Positions 42,771 to 52,402 are shown, numbered from the stretch's first letter. The stretch is 64,000 nt of DNA from an uncultured Candidatus Saccharibacteria bacterium (GCA_964484655.1 CAZAFA010000001.1:97518-161517); one strand, 5' to 3'. Notes: generated from the letters alone by a model not told the origin. A program made the numbers and translations.

Positions 42771-43892
42771 GTGCAGGGCATCCGCCGCATCTTCAGACGG
42801 GCCCACGCGGCCGACACGATGCTGTCGGCCCTCCTTGCGCTGCTGGTGGTCGGCGGGCTGGTCATCCTCTCGTCGGCGGCGAGCAACCTCGGGGAGGTGA
42901 AGTACGGCGACTCGTACTACTTCATCAAGCACCAGATCCTCTACGGCCTGTCGATCGGCATCATCGGCTACCTGGTCGCCAGCCGCCTGGACTACCGCGT
43001 CCTCAAGAAGGCGGCCTTCCCGCTGCTTATCCTCTCCATCGCGCTGCTCGCGGCGGTCTTCACGCCTCTCGGCGTCTCCTCGGCGCTCGGCTCGGCCACG
43101 CGCTGGGTCGGCTTCGGGCCGTTCGTCTTCCAGCCGGGCGAGCTGCTGAAGCTGACCTACATCCTGTACCTGGCCGCCTGGCTCTCGGGCGCCAAGCGCC
43201 AGCGCACCGAGGACATCAAGACCGGCCTCGTGCCGTTCCTGATCGTCTCGGGCGTCATCGCCGCGCTGCTCCTCGCCCAGCCGGCGACCTCCATCGTCGT
43301 CATCCTCATCGGCTCGGGCGTCCTCCTGTACCTGTTCAGCGGCGCGCCGTGGCGGTACGTCATCGCGTCCGGCCTCGCGGCCGCGGTCCTGCTGGGCGGG
43401 ATCATCATGTCCAGCGAGTACCGGCGCGAGCGCGTCATGACGTTCATCAACCCGGACGCGGATACCCAGAACACCGGCTTCCACGTGAACCAGTCCCTGA
43501 TCGCCATCGGCTCCGGCGGCTTCACCGGCGTCGGCTACGGGAAGTCCACGACCAAGATCACGTACCTGCCCACGCCCGCCGACGACTCCATCTTCGCGGT
43601 GGCGGCGGAGGAGTTCGGCTTCATCGGCAGCAGCCTCCTCGTCTCGCTCTTCGCGCTGCTGGTGATACGCATGTACATGCTCGCCTGGCGCACCAAGGAG
43701 CAGTTCGGGCAGCTGCTGCTGGTCGGGTTCGGGACCGTGATCCTGTTCCAGTCGATGGTGAACATGGCGGCGATATCAGGCCTCATGCCGCTCACGGGCG
43801 TGCCGCTGCCGTTCATCAGCTACGGCGGCACCGCGCTTGCTATATTCATGACCATGGTCGGCATAGCCAGCAACGTGAGCGCGAACAACTGA
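42771..43892 (+). CDS. ftsW: SEDS-family peptidoglycan glycosyltransferase (FtsW/RodA)
   Basis: 10-TM SEDS fold with the conserved GxxxxDDSIFA and PLPFISYGG motifs. Adjacent to murG. Confidence 0.85.
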   Translation: MQGIRRIFRRAHAADTMLSALLALLVVGGLVILSSAASNLGEVKYGDSYYFIKHQILYGLSIGIIGYLVASRLDYRVLKKAAFPLLILSIALLAAVFTPLGVSSALGSATRWVGFGPFVFQPGELLKLTYILYLAAWLSGAKRQRTEDIKTGLVPFLIVSGVIAALLLAQPATSIVVILIGSGVLLYLFSGAPWRYVIASGLAAAVLLGGIIMSSEYRRERVMTFINPDADTQNTGFHVNQSLIAIGSGGFTGVGYGKSTTKITYLPTPADDSIFAVAAEEFGFIGSSLLVSLFALLVIRMYMLAWRTKEQFGQLLLVGFGTVILFQSMVNMAAISGLMPLTGVPLPFISYGGTALAIFMTMVGIASNVSANN

Positions 43893-43893
43893 C

Positions 43894-45015
43894 ATGGCGC
43901 GGCGCATACTCTTCACGGGCGGCGGGAGCGGGGGACACGTGTACCCGCTGCTCGCGGTCGCCGAGGCGCTCCACGACCTCGACATCTCCGAGAGCGTCGA
44001 GCTGTACTACCTCGGCCCGCACGACGCGTACGGGCACCTGTTCGAGCAGCTCGACACGAAGGTGTACGGCATCGCCGGCGCGAAGCTTCGGCGGTACGCC
44101 TCGCTGGACAACCTGCTCGACGTGCCGAAGTTCTGCATCTCGATTCTGCAGGCGTTCTGGCGCGTCTTCCTGATCATGCCCGACGTGGTGTTCTCCAAGG
44201 GCGGCCCGGGAGCGCTCCCGGTGGTCTTCGCCGCCTGGTTCTACCGCGTGCCGGTGCTCATCCACGAGTCAGACGTCGTTCCCGGCCTCACGAACCGCAT
44301 CTCCGCGCGCTTCGCGCGCCGCGTCGCGGTGAGCTTCCAGGAGGCGATGGCCTCGTTCCCGCCGCAGAAGGTCGCGTGGACGGGACACCCTGAGCGCCGC
44401 TCGATCCGCGAGGCAGGACTCACGCGCGAGGCGGCCAAGGCGCGTCTCGGCTTCATGACGGACGAGCCGCTCGTCGTTTTCGTCGGCGGGTCGCAGGGCT
44501 CGCAGCGCCTCAACGTGGCAGCCCTCGAGAGCCTGCAGCTGCTGGCGCCGCTCACGGCGGTGCTGCATCAGGCCGGCCCGGGCAACGAGGAGGAGGCGGC
44601 CAAGCTCGCCGAGGCCGGGATGCTCGGCATCGAGGGTACGGTCGCGGCGCGCCATCCGTGGCGCGTCGTGCCGTACCTCCTCGATATCGGCGTCGCGCTG
44701 ACCGCCGCGGACCTCGTTGTCTCGCGCGCCGGCAGCGGCAGCATCTTCGAGATCGCCTCGTTCGGACGCGCCGCGATCCTGGTCCCGCTCGAGGAGTCGG
44801 CCAACGACCACCAGCGCATGAACGCCATCGCCTTCATGCAGGCTGGCGCGGCCGCGGTCATCGAGGAAGGGAACCTCGTTCCCGGCATCCTCGCGCGCAC
44901 CGCGGGCGCCATCCTCGGCGATCCCGCCCGGCGTCAGCAGATGGAGATCGCCAGCCGCGAGTTCTCCAAGATGGACGGGGCGACGATCATCGCCTCGGAG
45001 CTGCTGCGGCTCTAG
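43894..45015 (+). CDS. murG: Undecaprenyldiphospho-muramoylpentapeptide beta-N-acetylglucosaminyltransferase MurG
   Basis: N-terminal GGGSGGHVYPLLAVAEAL and a C-terminal GT-B donor-binding domain (AGAAAV...). Confidence 0.9.
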   Translation: MARRILFTGGGSGGHVYPLLAVAEALHDLDISESVELYYLGPHDAYGHLFEQLDTKVYGIAGAKLRRYASLDNLLDVPKFCISILQAFWRVFLIMPDVVFSKGGPGALPVVFAAWFYRVPVLIHESDVVPGLTNRISARFARRVAVSFQEAMASFPPQKVAWTGHPERRSIREAGLTREAAKARLGFMTDEPLVVFVGGSQGSQRLNVAALESLQLLAPLTAVLHQAGPGNEEEAAKLAEAGMLGIEGTVAARHPWRVVPYLLDIGVALTAADLVVSRAGSGSIFEIASFGRAAILVPLEESANDHQRMNAIAFMQAGAAAVIEEGNLVPGILARTAGAILGDPARRQQMEIASREFSKMDGATIIASELLRL

Positions 45016-45094
45016 TTGTCAATCGGCGCGGAATGCGTATAAAGAGTGCAGCGCTGCGCCTGCAGCGACTTACCATCGGAAAAGGAGATCGCAT

Positions 45095-45403
45095 ATGCAG
45101 AGCATCATGCACGAGCCGGCCGCGTCGCGGCCGAGCAACTACACCCTGATCATCACCCTGGCGTTCCTGCTCGTCGCCACGACCGTGGCGGCGCTGCTGC
45201 TGACGACCAGCCTGTTCTGGCTCGCCGGCGTCGCCGGAGGAATCCTCGGGTGGCTGTTCTTCGTCCTCCTGGGACGGGAAGCGGACGAGACGACCGCGAG
45301 CGGCTTGGAGGTCATGGCATTCAGGACCTTCGTGAGCCTCGTGCTTATCGCCACGGGACCGGTTCTCTGCCTGTTCGTGGCCGCCGTCGGCTGGCTGCGC
45401 TGA
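45095..45403 (+). CDS. Small hypothetical membrane protein (102 aa, 3 TM)
   Basis: RBS AAGGAGA 7 nt upstream. The gene is followed by a classic terminator at 45423-45449 (AGCCGAGGC-acgc-GCCTCGGCT plus TTTCC). Confidence 0.45.
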   Translation: MQSIMHEPAASRPSNYTLIITLAFLLVATTVAALLLTTSLFWLAGVAGGILGWLFFVLLGREADETTASGLEVMAFRTFVSLVLIATGPVLCLFVAAVGWLR

Positions 45404-45473
45404 CCAAGGATAAGTAAAGGGAAGCCGAGGCACGCGCCTCGGCTTTTCCGTCTCCGGTGCTACTATGTCTCGC

Positions 45474-46925
45474 ATGACCGACCGGCCGATCCGCGTCCGC
45501 ATGGCCCCGTCCCCGACGGGCCACCTGCACGTCGGCACGGCTAAGGCGGCGCTCTTCAACTGGATGTTCGCGCGCCGGTACGGGGGCACGTTCGTACTGC
45601 GCCTCGAGGACACGGACGCGGAGCGCTCCCGCGACGAGTTCGCGCGCGAGCTCGTGACGGGCCTCTCCTGGCTCGGGATCGACTACGACGAGGGCCCGTA
45701 CCTGGCTCCGGACGGCGCCTGGGCGGAGAAGGGCGCGTACGGCCCGTACAAGCAGAGCGAGCGCTCTCTTCTCTACCGCGAGAAGCTCCAGCAGCTCCTC
45801 GACGCGGGCTCCGCGTACTGGTGCTACTGCACGAAGGAGGAGCTCGAGGTCGAGCGCCGCCGGCAGCAGGAGGCAGGGGAGCCGCTCCGCTACGCGGGCA
45901 CCTGCCGCGACCTCGCCACGCCGCCGGCAGGTAGGGATCCGCAGGTCATACGTCTGCGCGTGCCCGCGAAGCCGGTCGCGTTCACGGACCTCGTGCGCGG
46001 GCAGATCGTCACCGACGCGTCGCTCCTCGGCGACCTCGCTATCGCGCGCTCGCTCGACTCCGCGCTGTACAACTTCGCGGTCGTCGTCGACGACATCGCC
46101 ATGGAGATCACGCACGTCGTCCGCGGCGAGGACCACATCTCAAACACGCCCAAGCAGCTCCTCCTGTTCGAGGCCTTCGGCGCGGTGCCGCCGGCGTACG
46201 CGCATTTCCCGCTGAACCTCGACGCGGACCGGCGGAAGCTGAGCAAGCGCACGTCCGAGACCTCGCTCCTGGCGTATCGCGACGCCGGGTACCTGCCCGC
46301 CGCCTTGACCAACTTCCTCGCGCTCTCGGGCTGGCATCCGGCAGGGGACGAGGAGGTCTTCACGCTCCCTGAGCTGGCGCAGGCCTTCTCGACCGAGCGC
46401 ATGCAGCGCTCCGGCGCGGTCTTCGACGAGGCGAAGCTGCGCTGGCTCAACCGCGAGCATATGAAGCGCCTGCCCGCCGAGACGCTCGCCAAGCGCCTGC
46501 GCCCGTTCCTCGCGGACGGCGACGCGGTGCCGGCCGACGTCCTCGAGCGCTACGTCGATGCCGAGCGGGGGAGGGCGGACACGCTCGCGGAGCTCGCCGC
46601 TGCAGCCGCATGGCTCGGCCCGTACGCGCCGCCGAGCGCCGAAGCGCTCATACCTGCGGACAGCTCGCGCGCGGAGAGCCACGACCACCTGCGCGAGACC
46701 GCCACCGCCCTGGAGCATCTCGCGAGCGAGACGGAATGGCTCGAGCAGATGCAAGCGTTCCTCGAGGCACGCGCCGAGCGCCACGGCAAGCGTGCCGTCT
46801 TCCACCCGGTGCGCGTCGCGCTCTCGGCGATGGAACGCTCCCCGGATCCGGTCACGCTCATGCGCGTGCTTGGTCAGGACGAGAGCCGCGCGCGACTGCA
46901 GAAAGCGGCGGAAATACTGGCCTGA
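45474..46925 (+). CDS. gltX: Glutamyl-tRNA synthetase
   Basis: HVGTA (HIGH), KLSKR (KMSKS) and a class I catalytic core. Start set to the ATG at 45474 because an extended -10 TGcTACTAT at 45458-45466 would make it leaderless. The track start at 45465 is the alternative. Confidence 0.85.
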   Translation: MTDRPIRVRMAPSPTGHLHVGTAKAALFNWMFARRYGGTFVLRLEDTDAERSRDEFARELVTGLSWLGIDYDEGPYLAPDGAWAEKGAYGPYKQSERSLLYREKLQQLLDAGSAYWCYCTKEELEVERRRQQEAGEPLRYAGTCRDLATPPAGRDPQVIRLRVPAKPVAFTDLVRGQIVTDASLLGDLAIARSLDSALYNFAVVVDDIAMEITHVVRGEDHISNTPKQLLLFEAFGAVPPAYAHFPLNLDADRRKLSKRTSETSLLAYRDAGYLPAALTNFLALSGWHPAGDEEVFTLPELAQAFSTERMQRSGAVFDEAKLRWLNREHMKRLPAETLAKRLRPFLADGDAVPADVLERYVDAERGRADTLAELAAAAAWLGPYAPPSAEALIPADSSRAESHDHLRETATALEHLASETEWLEQMQAFLEARAERHGKRAVFHPVRVALSAMERSPDPVTLMRVLGQDESRARLQKAAEILA

Positions 46926-46970
46926 TCGCGGATTGGAGCCGTCCGCGATGCTGCGTTATACTTGCCTCGT

Positions 46971-48242
46971 ATGTCGTTGAGCAGCGCGAGGCGCCTGATT
47001 ACGGTCCTCGCTACAACCTCGGTCCTGATCGCCGCCATCGCCCTGCCGGGCTCCTGGACGGCTCCGTCGGCGATCGCCGACGAGGAAGCGGCGCTGCGCG
47101 CGCAGATCGAGGCGAACAACGCGAAGCTCAAGGCCGTGCAGGCCCAGCTCGACGCGGCGAAGTCGCGCCTGAACTCCACGACCGGCCAGCGGAAGAGCCT
47201 ACAGAGCGAGGTGAGCCGCCTCGAGGGGCAGATCAACCAGCTCAAGCTGAGCATCCAGGAGGACCAGCTCATGAGCCAGCGCCTCGGCTACGAGATCCAG
47301 GTGCTCAACAGCGACGTCAACTCCCTGAAGTCCAAGATGAAGGACAAGCAGGCGACCATCGCCGCCTTGCTGGTGGAGACGCAGAAGCAGGAAGGGCTCT
47401 CGCCGCTCATCACCCTGCTGGCGGCCGACAGCCTGAGCGAGACGATTAGGGACGCGAGCGCGAGCAAGGCGCTCCAGGACCGCATGCGCACCGACCTCGC
47501 GAGCCTGCGCGACATCCAGGAGAACGTCCTCAGCAAGATCGACCTGACCGACGCCAAGAAGACCGAGGCCGAGCGCCGCCGGATCGCCGCGCTCGCGAAG
47601 CAGGAAATCATCGCGGATCAGCAGGCGGACCGCGCCAAGGTGCTCGCGGTCACGAAGAACCAGGAGAGCGCCTACCAGAAGCAGGTCAACGACCTCCTCG
47701 CAGAGCAGAAGCGCATCGCAGCCGAGACCGAGGCGATCGACGCCGCGCTGCGCGCGAAGATCAACAAATCAACGCTTCCGACGAGCGGCCCGGGCGTCAT
47801 CGGCAAGCCGGTCGCGGGTCCGATCACCCAGGGATACGGCGCTACCGCGTTCGCGAAGACCGGCTACGCGGGCAAGTGGCACAACGGCATCGACATCGGC
47901 GCCGCCATCGGCACGCCGATCTACGCGGCCGCCGACGGCACGGTCTCGGGCGTGCACAACCAGGATGCCTTCTGTCCGCGCGGCGCCTACGGCCGCTTCA
48001 CGACCATCACGCATGACAACGGCCTCGTCTCGCTCTACGCGCACCAGTCCAAGCAGGCGGTCTCGGTCGGTCAGCGCGTGAAGCGCGGCGATCTCATCGG
48101 CTACGTCGGCGCAACCGGGTACGCGACGGGCCCGCACCTGCACTTCACGATCTACTCGAAGGACACGTTCCGCATCGGCGCGACGCGCGTTTGCGGACCC
48201 GGTCCCCAAGGCGGCGATCTCAACCCGCTCAACTACCTCTAG
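46971..48242 (+). CDS. M23-family peptidase with an N-terminal coiled-coil (EnvC/NlpD-like)
   Basis: Signal/TM N-terminus, ~250-aa coiled-coil and a C-terminal LytM domain (HNGIDIGAAIGTPIYAAADGTV...YVGATGYATGPHLHF). A -10 TATACT at 46957-46962 sits 8 nt upstream of the ATG. Confidence 0.8.
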   Translation: MSLSSARRLITVLATTSVLIAAIALPGSWTAPSAIADEEAALRAQIEANNAKLKAVQAQLDAAKSRLNSTTGQRKSLQSEVSRLEGQINQLKLSIQEDQLMSQRLGYEIQVLNSDVNSLKSKMKDKQATIAALLVETQKQEGLSPLITLLAADSLSETIRDASASKALQDRMRTDLASLRDIQENVLSKIDLTDAKKTEAERRRIAALAKQEIIADQQADRAKVLAVTKNQESAYQKQVNDLLAEQKRIAAETEAIDAALRAKINKSTLPTSGPGVIGKPVAGPITQGYGATAFAKTGYAGKWHNGIDIGAAIGTPIYAAADGTVSGVHNQDAFCPRGAYGRFTTITHDNGLVSLYAHQSKQAVSVGQRVKRGDLIGYVGATGYATGPHLHFTIYSKDTFRIGATRVCGPGPQGGDLNPLNYL

Positions 48243-48248
48243 AGTCCC

Positions 48249-48452
48249 ATGGCCGACCCTACGCGCGTCCTCGAGCTCATAGCCCAGGCTCGAGCCTTCC
48301 TCGAGACGTACGGACAGGTAATCCTCGAGGGGATATACCGCGCCCTCGCGTTCCTCGGCGACCTCATGTCCCAGCTTCCGGGCTGGACGAGCCAGGTGGG
48401 AGCCTTCCTCGCGAGCCTCATCGCGATCGTGCGCGGCTTCCTGAACCTCTAA
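48249..48452 (+). CDS. Small hypothetical amphipathic protein (67 aa)
   Basis: Begins 6 nt after the peptidase stop with coding-like codon bias. No domain. Confidence 0.3.
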   Translation: MADPTRVLELIAQARAFLETYGQVILEGIYRALAFLGDLMSQLPGWTSQVGAFLASLIAIVRGFLNL

Positions 48453-48490
48453 CTGCTGGCGCAAAGGTGGATAGGGTGTATAGTTCTGCT

Positions 48491-49672
48491 ATGCAGCCGC
48501 TAGCCGCACGTTTGCGCCCGAAGAGCCTCGACGAGTACGTCGGGCAGGAGCACCTCGTAGGGGAGGGGAAGCCGCTGCGCGTGGCCATGGAGCAGAAGAC
48601 GCTCTTCTCGTTCCTGCTCTGGGGCCCGCCGGGCACGGGAAAGACGACCCTGGCCCGCCTCTACGCGGATGCCGTCGGCGCGCAGTTCGTGGAGATGTCC
48701 GCGGTCTCGGCCGGCAAGGACGACATCCGCAAGGTCGTGGAACGCTCCGGCAAGCAGCTCCGGCCGACGCTGCTGTTCATCGACGAGATCCACCGGTTCA
48801 ACAAGGCGCAGCAGGACTTCCTCCTGCCGTACGTCGAGAGCGGCGTCCTGACGCTCGTCGGAGCCACGACCGAGAACCCGAGCTTCGAGGTCATCCCGGC
48901 GCTCCTGAGCCGCACGCGCGTCTTCGTGCTCAACGCGCTGGAGCCGCAGGAGCTTGACGTCATCATCGACCGGACTGGCTTCGCCGTGGACGATCACGCG
49001 CGCGAGTGGCTGGCGAACGTAGCCAACGGCGACGCGCGGCAGATGCTGGGCGTCCTCGAGGCCGCGGACGCTCTTTACGGCTCGATCACGCTCGAGTCCC
49101 TTGAGAACGCGCTCCAGAACCGCTTCGTCCGCTACGACAAGAAGGGCGACGAGCATTACAACACGATAAGCGCGTTCATCAAGTCGATGCGCGCGAGCCA
49201 GCCCGACGCGGCGCTGTACTACCTCGCGCGGATGATCGAGGCAGGGGAGGATCCGAAGTTCATCGCCCGCCGCATGGTCATCTTCGCTTCCGAGGATATC
49301 GGCATGGCCCAGCCGACCGCCCTCGTGGTCGCCAACGGGGTCTTCCGCGCCTGCGAGACCATCGGCCTGCCCGAATGCGGCATCAACCTCGCGCACGGCG
49401 TCGTCCACCTGTCCCAGGCTCCCAAGAGCAAGCATGCGTACTGGGCCTATCAGGAGGCGCTCGCGGACGTCCGCAAGACCGGGAACCTGCCGATACCCAA
49501 GAAGATCCTCAATGCGCCGACGAAGCTCATGAAGAACCTGGGCTACGGGTCCGGCTATGAGCGCTATACCAGCGACGAGCTGCTGCCGGACAAGCTCAAG
49601 GGCACGAGATACTTCCGCGCAGACCAGGATTCGGCGGATTCGCAGCATCCTTTCGGTACGAAGGCTGGATAG
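48491..49672 (+). CDS. rarA: Replication-associated recombination protein A (RarA/MgsA AAA+ ATPase)
   Basis: Walker A GPPGTGKTTLA, Walker B LFIDEIHRFNK, sensor motifs and a C-terminal MgsA domain. A -10 TATAGT lies 6 nt upstream of the ATG. Confidence 0.85.
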   Translation: MQPLAARLRPKSLDEYVGQEHLVGEGKPLRVAMEQKTLFSFLLWGPPGTGKTTLARLYADAVGAQFVEMSAVSAGKDDIRKVVERSGKQLRPTLLFIDEIHRFNKAQQDFLLPYVESGVLTLVGATTENPSFEVIPALLSRTRVFVLNALEPQELDVIIDRTGFAVDDHAREWLANVANGDARQMLGVLEAADALYGSITLESLENALQNRFVRYDKKGDEHYNTISAFIKSMRASQPDAALYYLARMIEAGEDPKFIARRMVIFASEDIGMAQPTALVVANGVFRACETIGLPECGINLAHGVVHLSQAPKSKHAYWAYQEALADVRKTGNLPIPKKILNAPTKLMKNLGYGSGYERYTSDELLPDKLKGTRYFRADQDSADSQHPFGTKAG

Positions 49673-49729
49673 GCCTCATTTCACTTTATTAGTACATAAA
49701 AGGGATATTCTGCGACGTATACCCAAGAA

Positions 49730-49760
49730 AGCGAGCCAGCGTTGCGCTGGCTCGCTCTTC
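49730..49760. terminator. Bidirectional terminator between convergent genes
   Basis: AGCGAGCCAGC-gttgc-GCTGGCTCGCT, an 11-bp stem flanked by T-rich sequence on both strands. Confidence 0.6.
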
Positions 49761-50207
49761 CTATCCGATCAGGTCGGGCCACTCCTCTTCCTCCGCTGCT
49801 TCGACGATCTCATCGAATGACGAGGCGTCAACCTCGATGATGTTCCACGTCTCGCGGATCAGGGCGTCAACGGCGTCGATGACCGCTTGCGGGCTTTCCG
49901 GCTCGTTCGGGTTGATGATCATGTAGTTCTCATGGACGGCGACCCCGTGCAGGCCGACGATGCATGCCATCTTCCGCACGAAATCCCGCAGGCGCGGGTC
50001 GAGGTCGTCCATGCTCCCCTGGAGCGGGACCATCATGCCCGGAGCGCGCTCCTCAGCCTCCAGGAAGCTCTCGCCTCCGGGGATGCTCGAGGTGACGTAC
50101 TTCACGAACAGGCAGTAGCATCGCGCGATCTCCTTCTCGCTCGTGAACACGAACGTCTCCGTGCCGCGGGACGGCAGCCATGTCGGCGGTTCTATGTCAG
50201 GAACCAT
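49761..50207 (-). CDS. Hypothetical acidic protein (148 aa)
   Basis: GGGAGGA lies 9 nt upstream of the ATG at 50207. No recognisable domain. Confidence 0.45.
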   Translation of the reverse strand: MVPDIEPPTWLPSRGTETFVFTSEKEIARCYCLFVKYVTSSIPGGESFLEAEERAPGMMVPLQGSMDDLDPRLRDFVRKMACIVGLHGVAVHENYMIINPNEPESPQAVIDAVDALIRETWNIIEVDASSFDEIVEAAEEEEWPDLIG

Positions 50208-50327
50208 ATCTTCTTCGTCCTCCCTATTTCAAAGATTCCCTGGAATCCTAGTCCCCTGTCCGGACATAGCGCAACGTACGCGAACGCGGCCCTCCGTGAA
50301 GAGGGTCGCGTTCCTTTGATTAGCCGC

Positions 50328-50867
50328 TTAGAGGGCTACAGCCAACTCCACCGGGCGCTCTTCCGCAGGGGGGAAGCCGACGCCCTTCTTGAGAACCGTG
50401 TACCCCCAGTGCCGCCAGTTGGCAGGCTTCTCCTGGATCATGCGCTTCGCGATCTGCTTCTGGAGGCCGCAGTCGTAGAGGTGCTTCTCCCAGGAGACGA
50501 CCTCGTCCGAGTCGAGAAGACCGTAACGGGTCGAGTATGCCTTGAAGGTAGCCATCTGGAACTGGAGGCATCCGTATGAGTAGCGTCCATTCACGTCGAG
50601 AACCTTGATGTTCGCGCGATTGTTGGACTCTGCGATCGCGAGCTTCTCCAGCCAGACATCGAGGTTGGTCATGACCGTCCCCGTGGCCGTGGTGGTGGCT
50701 GCGGTACTCGTAGAGCTTGTTGCGACGGAAGCCGTCGAACTCGCACTCTTCGGAGCTGTGCCGTATGTGGCTGTCGCGGTTATTGCGTTCAGATTGCTGA
50801 TGTGTAGACCACATACCAGCGCTCCTACTGCCATGCTCACGACAACGTTTTTGAGGTTAATACCCAT
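50328..50867 (-). CDS. Secreted transglycosylase-like (Rpf-like) domain protein with a Ser/Thr-rich linker
   Basis: Signal peptide, Thr/Ser/Ala-rich linker, then ...ESNNRANIKVLDVNGRYSYGCLQFQMATFKAY... resembling the resuscitation-promoting-factor lysozyme-like core. Followed by a 13-bp hairpin at 50282-50313. Confidence 0.45.
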   Translation of the reverse strand: MGINLKNVVVSMAVGALVCGLHISNLNAITATATYGTAPKSASSTASVATSSTSTAATTTATGTVMTNLDVWLEKLAIAESNNRANIKVLDVNGRYSYGCLQFQMATFKAYSTRYGLLDSDEVVSWEKHLYDCGLQKQIAKRMIQEKPANWRHWGYTVLKKGVGFPPAEERPVELAVAL

Positions 50868-51140
50868 TCAGCGGCAAAGTCGGCAGTATCGCGGTCTGTC
50901 GTTCGCTCCGACTTGCCTGAGGCTGCGACTCTTTCGCTGTAGCGCAATCTCAGACAAACCCCTCCTGGGTGCTATTGATCCTTTAGAGATGAAAACAGCT
51001 GCTCGCGCAGTCGTCTGGCGACGAGTATACCTGCTCGAGGGGCCAGAAGTCAACCCGCAAGGGCGGAAAGGCCTCAAAAAGGGCCCGGATTTGCTATCTT
51101 TTTGGGAGTTTTCCCCATATACTGGGAGGCACCTTTCCGC

Positions 51141-51908
51141 ATGGGAAAAAGCTTCTCCCCTACCCCGGCCCGCTTCCGCGAGGAGAACGGCTACGAGATC
51201 GACGGCACGTGGTATCCGCGCGTGACGTCGATCGTCGGCATCAAGTCGAAGCCTGCCCTGTACCACTTCTACGCGGGGCAGCCGAGCTATCACGCGGCGC
51301 AGGCGGTCACCGAGCGCTCCGCGGTCGAGGGCACGCGCATCCACGAGGCGGCCCAGGCGATCCTCCTCGGGCAGGACCCGGTCGTCGAGCCCGACATCGC
51401 GCCGGCCATCATGGCGTTCCGCTCCTTCATCGCGCGCCAGCCGATCGAGACGGTCGCCGAGCACATCGAGCGGCGCATCTGGCACCCCGGGGACCGCTTC
51501 GCGGGCACCATCGACATCCTCGGCACGATGAAGGGCAAGCTCGGCGTGATCGACATCAAGACGAGCCAGGACATCTACCGCGACTACAACCTGCAGACCG
51601 CGGCGTACATGGCGGCGCTCACGCCCGACTACCCCGAGCTGCAGACGCGCTGGATCCTCCGTCTGGACCAGGTCCAGTTCTGTCTCGAGTGCAACGCCTC
51701 GCGCCGGACGAAGGGCGGCCGCGAGAAGGTGAAGCGCGACTACGAGTCGAGGAAGCCCTCCTGCTCCCTCCACGCGTGGGGCCCGGTTACCGGCATCGCC
51801 CAGATCCGCGAGTTCCCCGAATGGGAGCAGGACTACGCGGCCTTCCTGGCTGCCAAGCGGCTCTGGGAGTGGGAGCACCAGGAACTCCTCGACGCGATCG
51901 GCTACTAG
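51141..51908 (+). CDS. PD-(D/E)xK superfamily nuclease (Cas4/RecB-like) with a C-terminal Cys cluster
   Basis: D..AGTIDIL...GKLGVIDIKTS (D...D-x-K) and YNLQTAAY (QxxxY), then CLEC...C..H. TATACT lies at 51118-51123 and GGGAGG before the ATG at 51141. Confidence 0.55.
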   Translation: MGKSFSPTPARFREENGYEIDGTWYPRVTSIVGIKSKPALYHFYAGQPSYHAAQAVTERSAVEGTRIHEAAQAILLGQDPVVEPDIAPAIMAFRSFIARQPIETVAEHIERRIWHPGDRFAGTIDILGTMKGKLGVIDIKTSQDIYRDYNLQTAAYMAALTPDYPELQTRWILRLDQVQFCLECNASRRTKGGREKVKRDYESRKPSCSLHAWGPVTGIAQIREFPEWEQDYAAFLAAKRLWEWEHQELLDAIGY

Positions 51909-52051
51909 CGCTCCCCGCACGGCTCGAGCACCAGCTCGGGAACGGCCTTGGTCCCTGCGGCGTACCCGAGCGAGGCCGCGCAGAAGGCCGCGGCCGCGAA
52001 CAGGACGGCCAGGTAGCGGACGCTGAGCGCGAACCGCGGTTTCGTTGACAT
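51905..52051 (-). CDS. Possible small secreted/membrane protein (48 aa)
   Basis: MSTKPRFALSVRYLAVLFAAAAFCAASLGYAAG... is signal-peptide-like. It overlaps the nuclease stop convergently (CTAG). Below the ORF-track cutoff and weakly supported. Confidence 0.25.
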   Translation of the reverse strand: MSTKPRFALSVRYLAVLFAAAAFCAASLGYAAGTKAVPELVLEPCGER

Positions 52052-52123
52052 ATCCGCACCCTACCCTAGAATAGCCAGGCACTATCGAGTCCCGGATGAA
52101 CACGGGCTTAACCACCGAAAGCA

Positions 52124-52402
52124 ATGGCACATACAGCCTCAGGCAGCAGTACCAAGAACGGCCGCGATTCACGGCCGAAGAGCCTTGGCGTCAAGCTCCA
52201 CGACGGTCAGCCGGCGGCGCCGGGCATGATCCTCGTCCGCCAGCGCGGCATGCGCTACCTCCCCGGCGAGGGCGTGCGCCGCGCTTCCGACGACACGCTC
52301 TACGCGGTCGCCGACGGCGTCGTGCGCTACGGCACGGTCACGAAGAACCGGTTCGACGGCAGCCGCCGCACGGCTACGGTTGTGGCCGTACGCGCGCAGT
52401 AA
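52124..52402 (+). CDS. rpmA: 50S ribosomal protein L27
   Basis: [24 protein letters not shown]...VRQRG matches the L27 consensus. Confidence 0.85.
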   Translation: MAHTASGSSTKNGRDSRPKSLGVKLHDGQPAAPGMILVRQRGMRYLPGEGVRRASDDTLYAVADGVVRYGTVTKNRFDGSRRTATVVAVRAQ

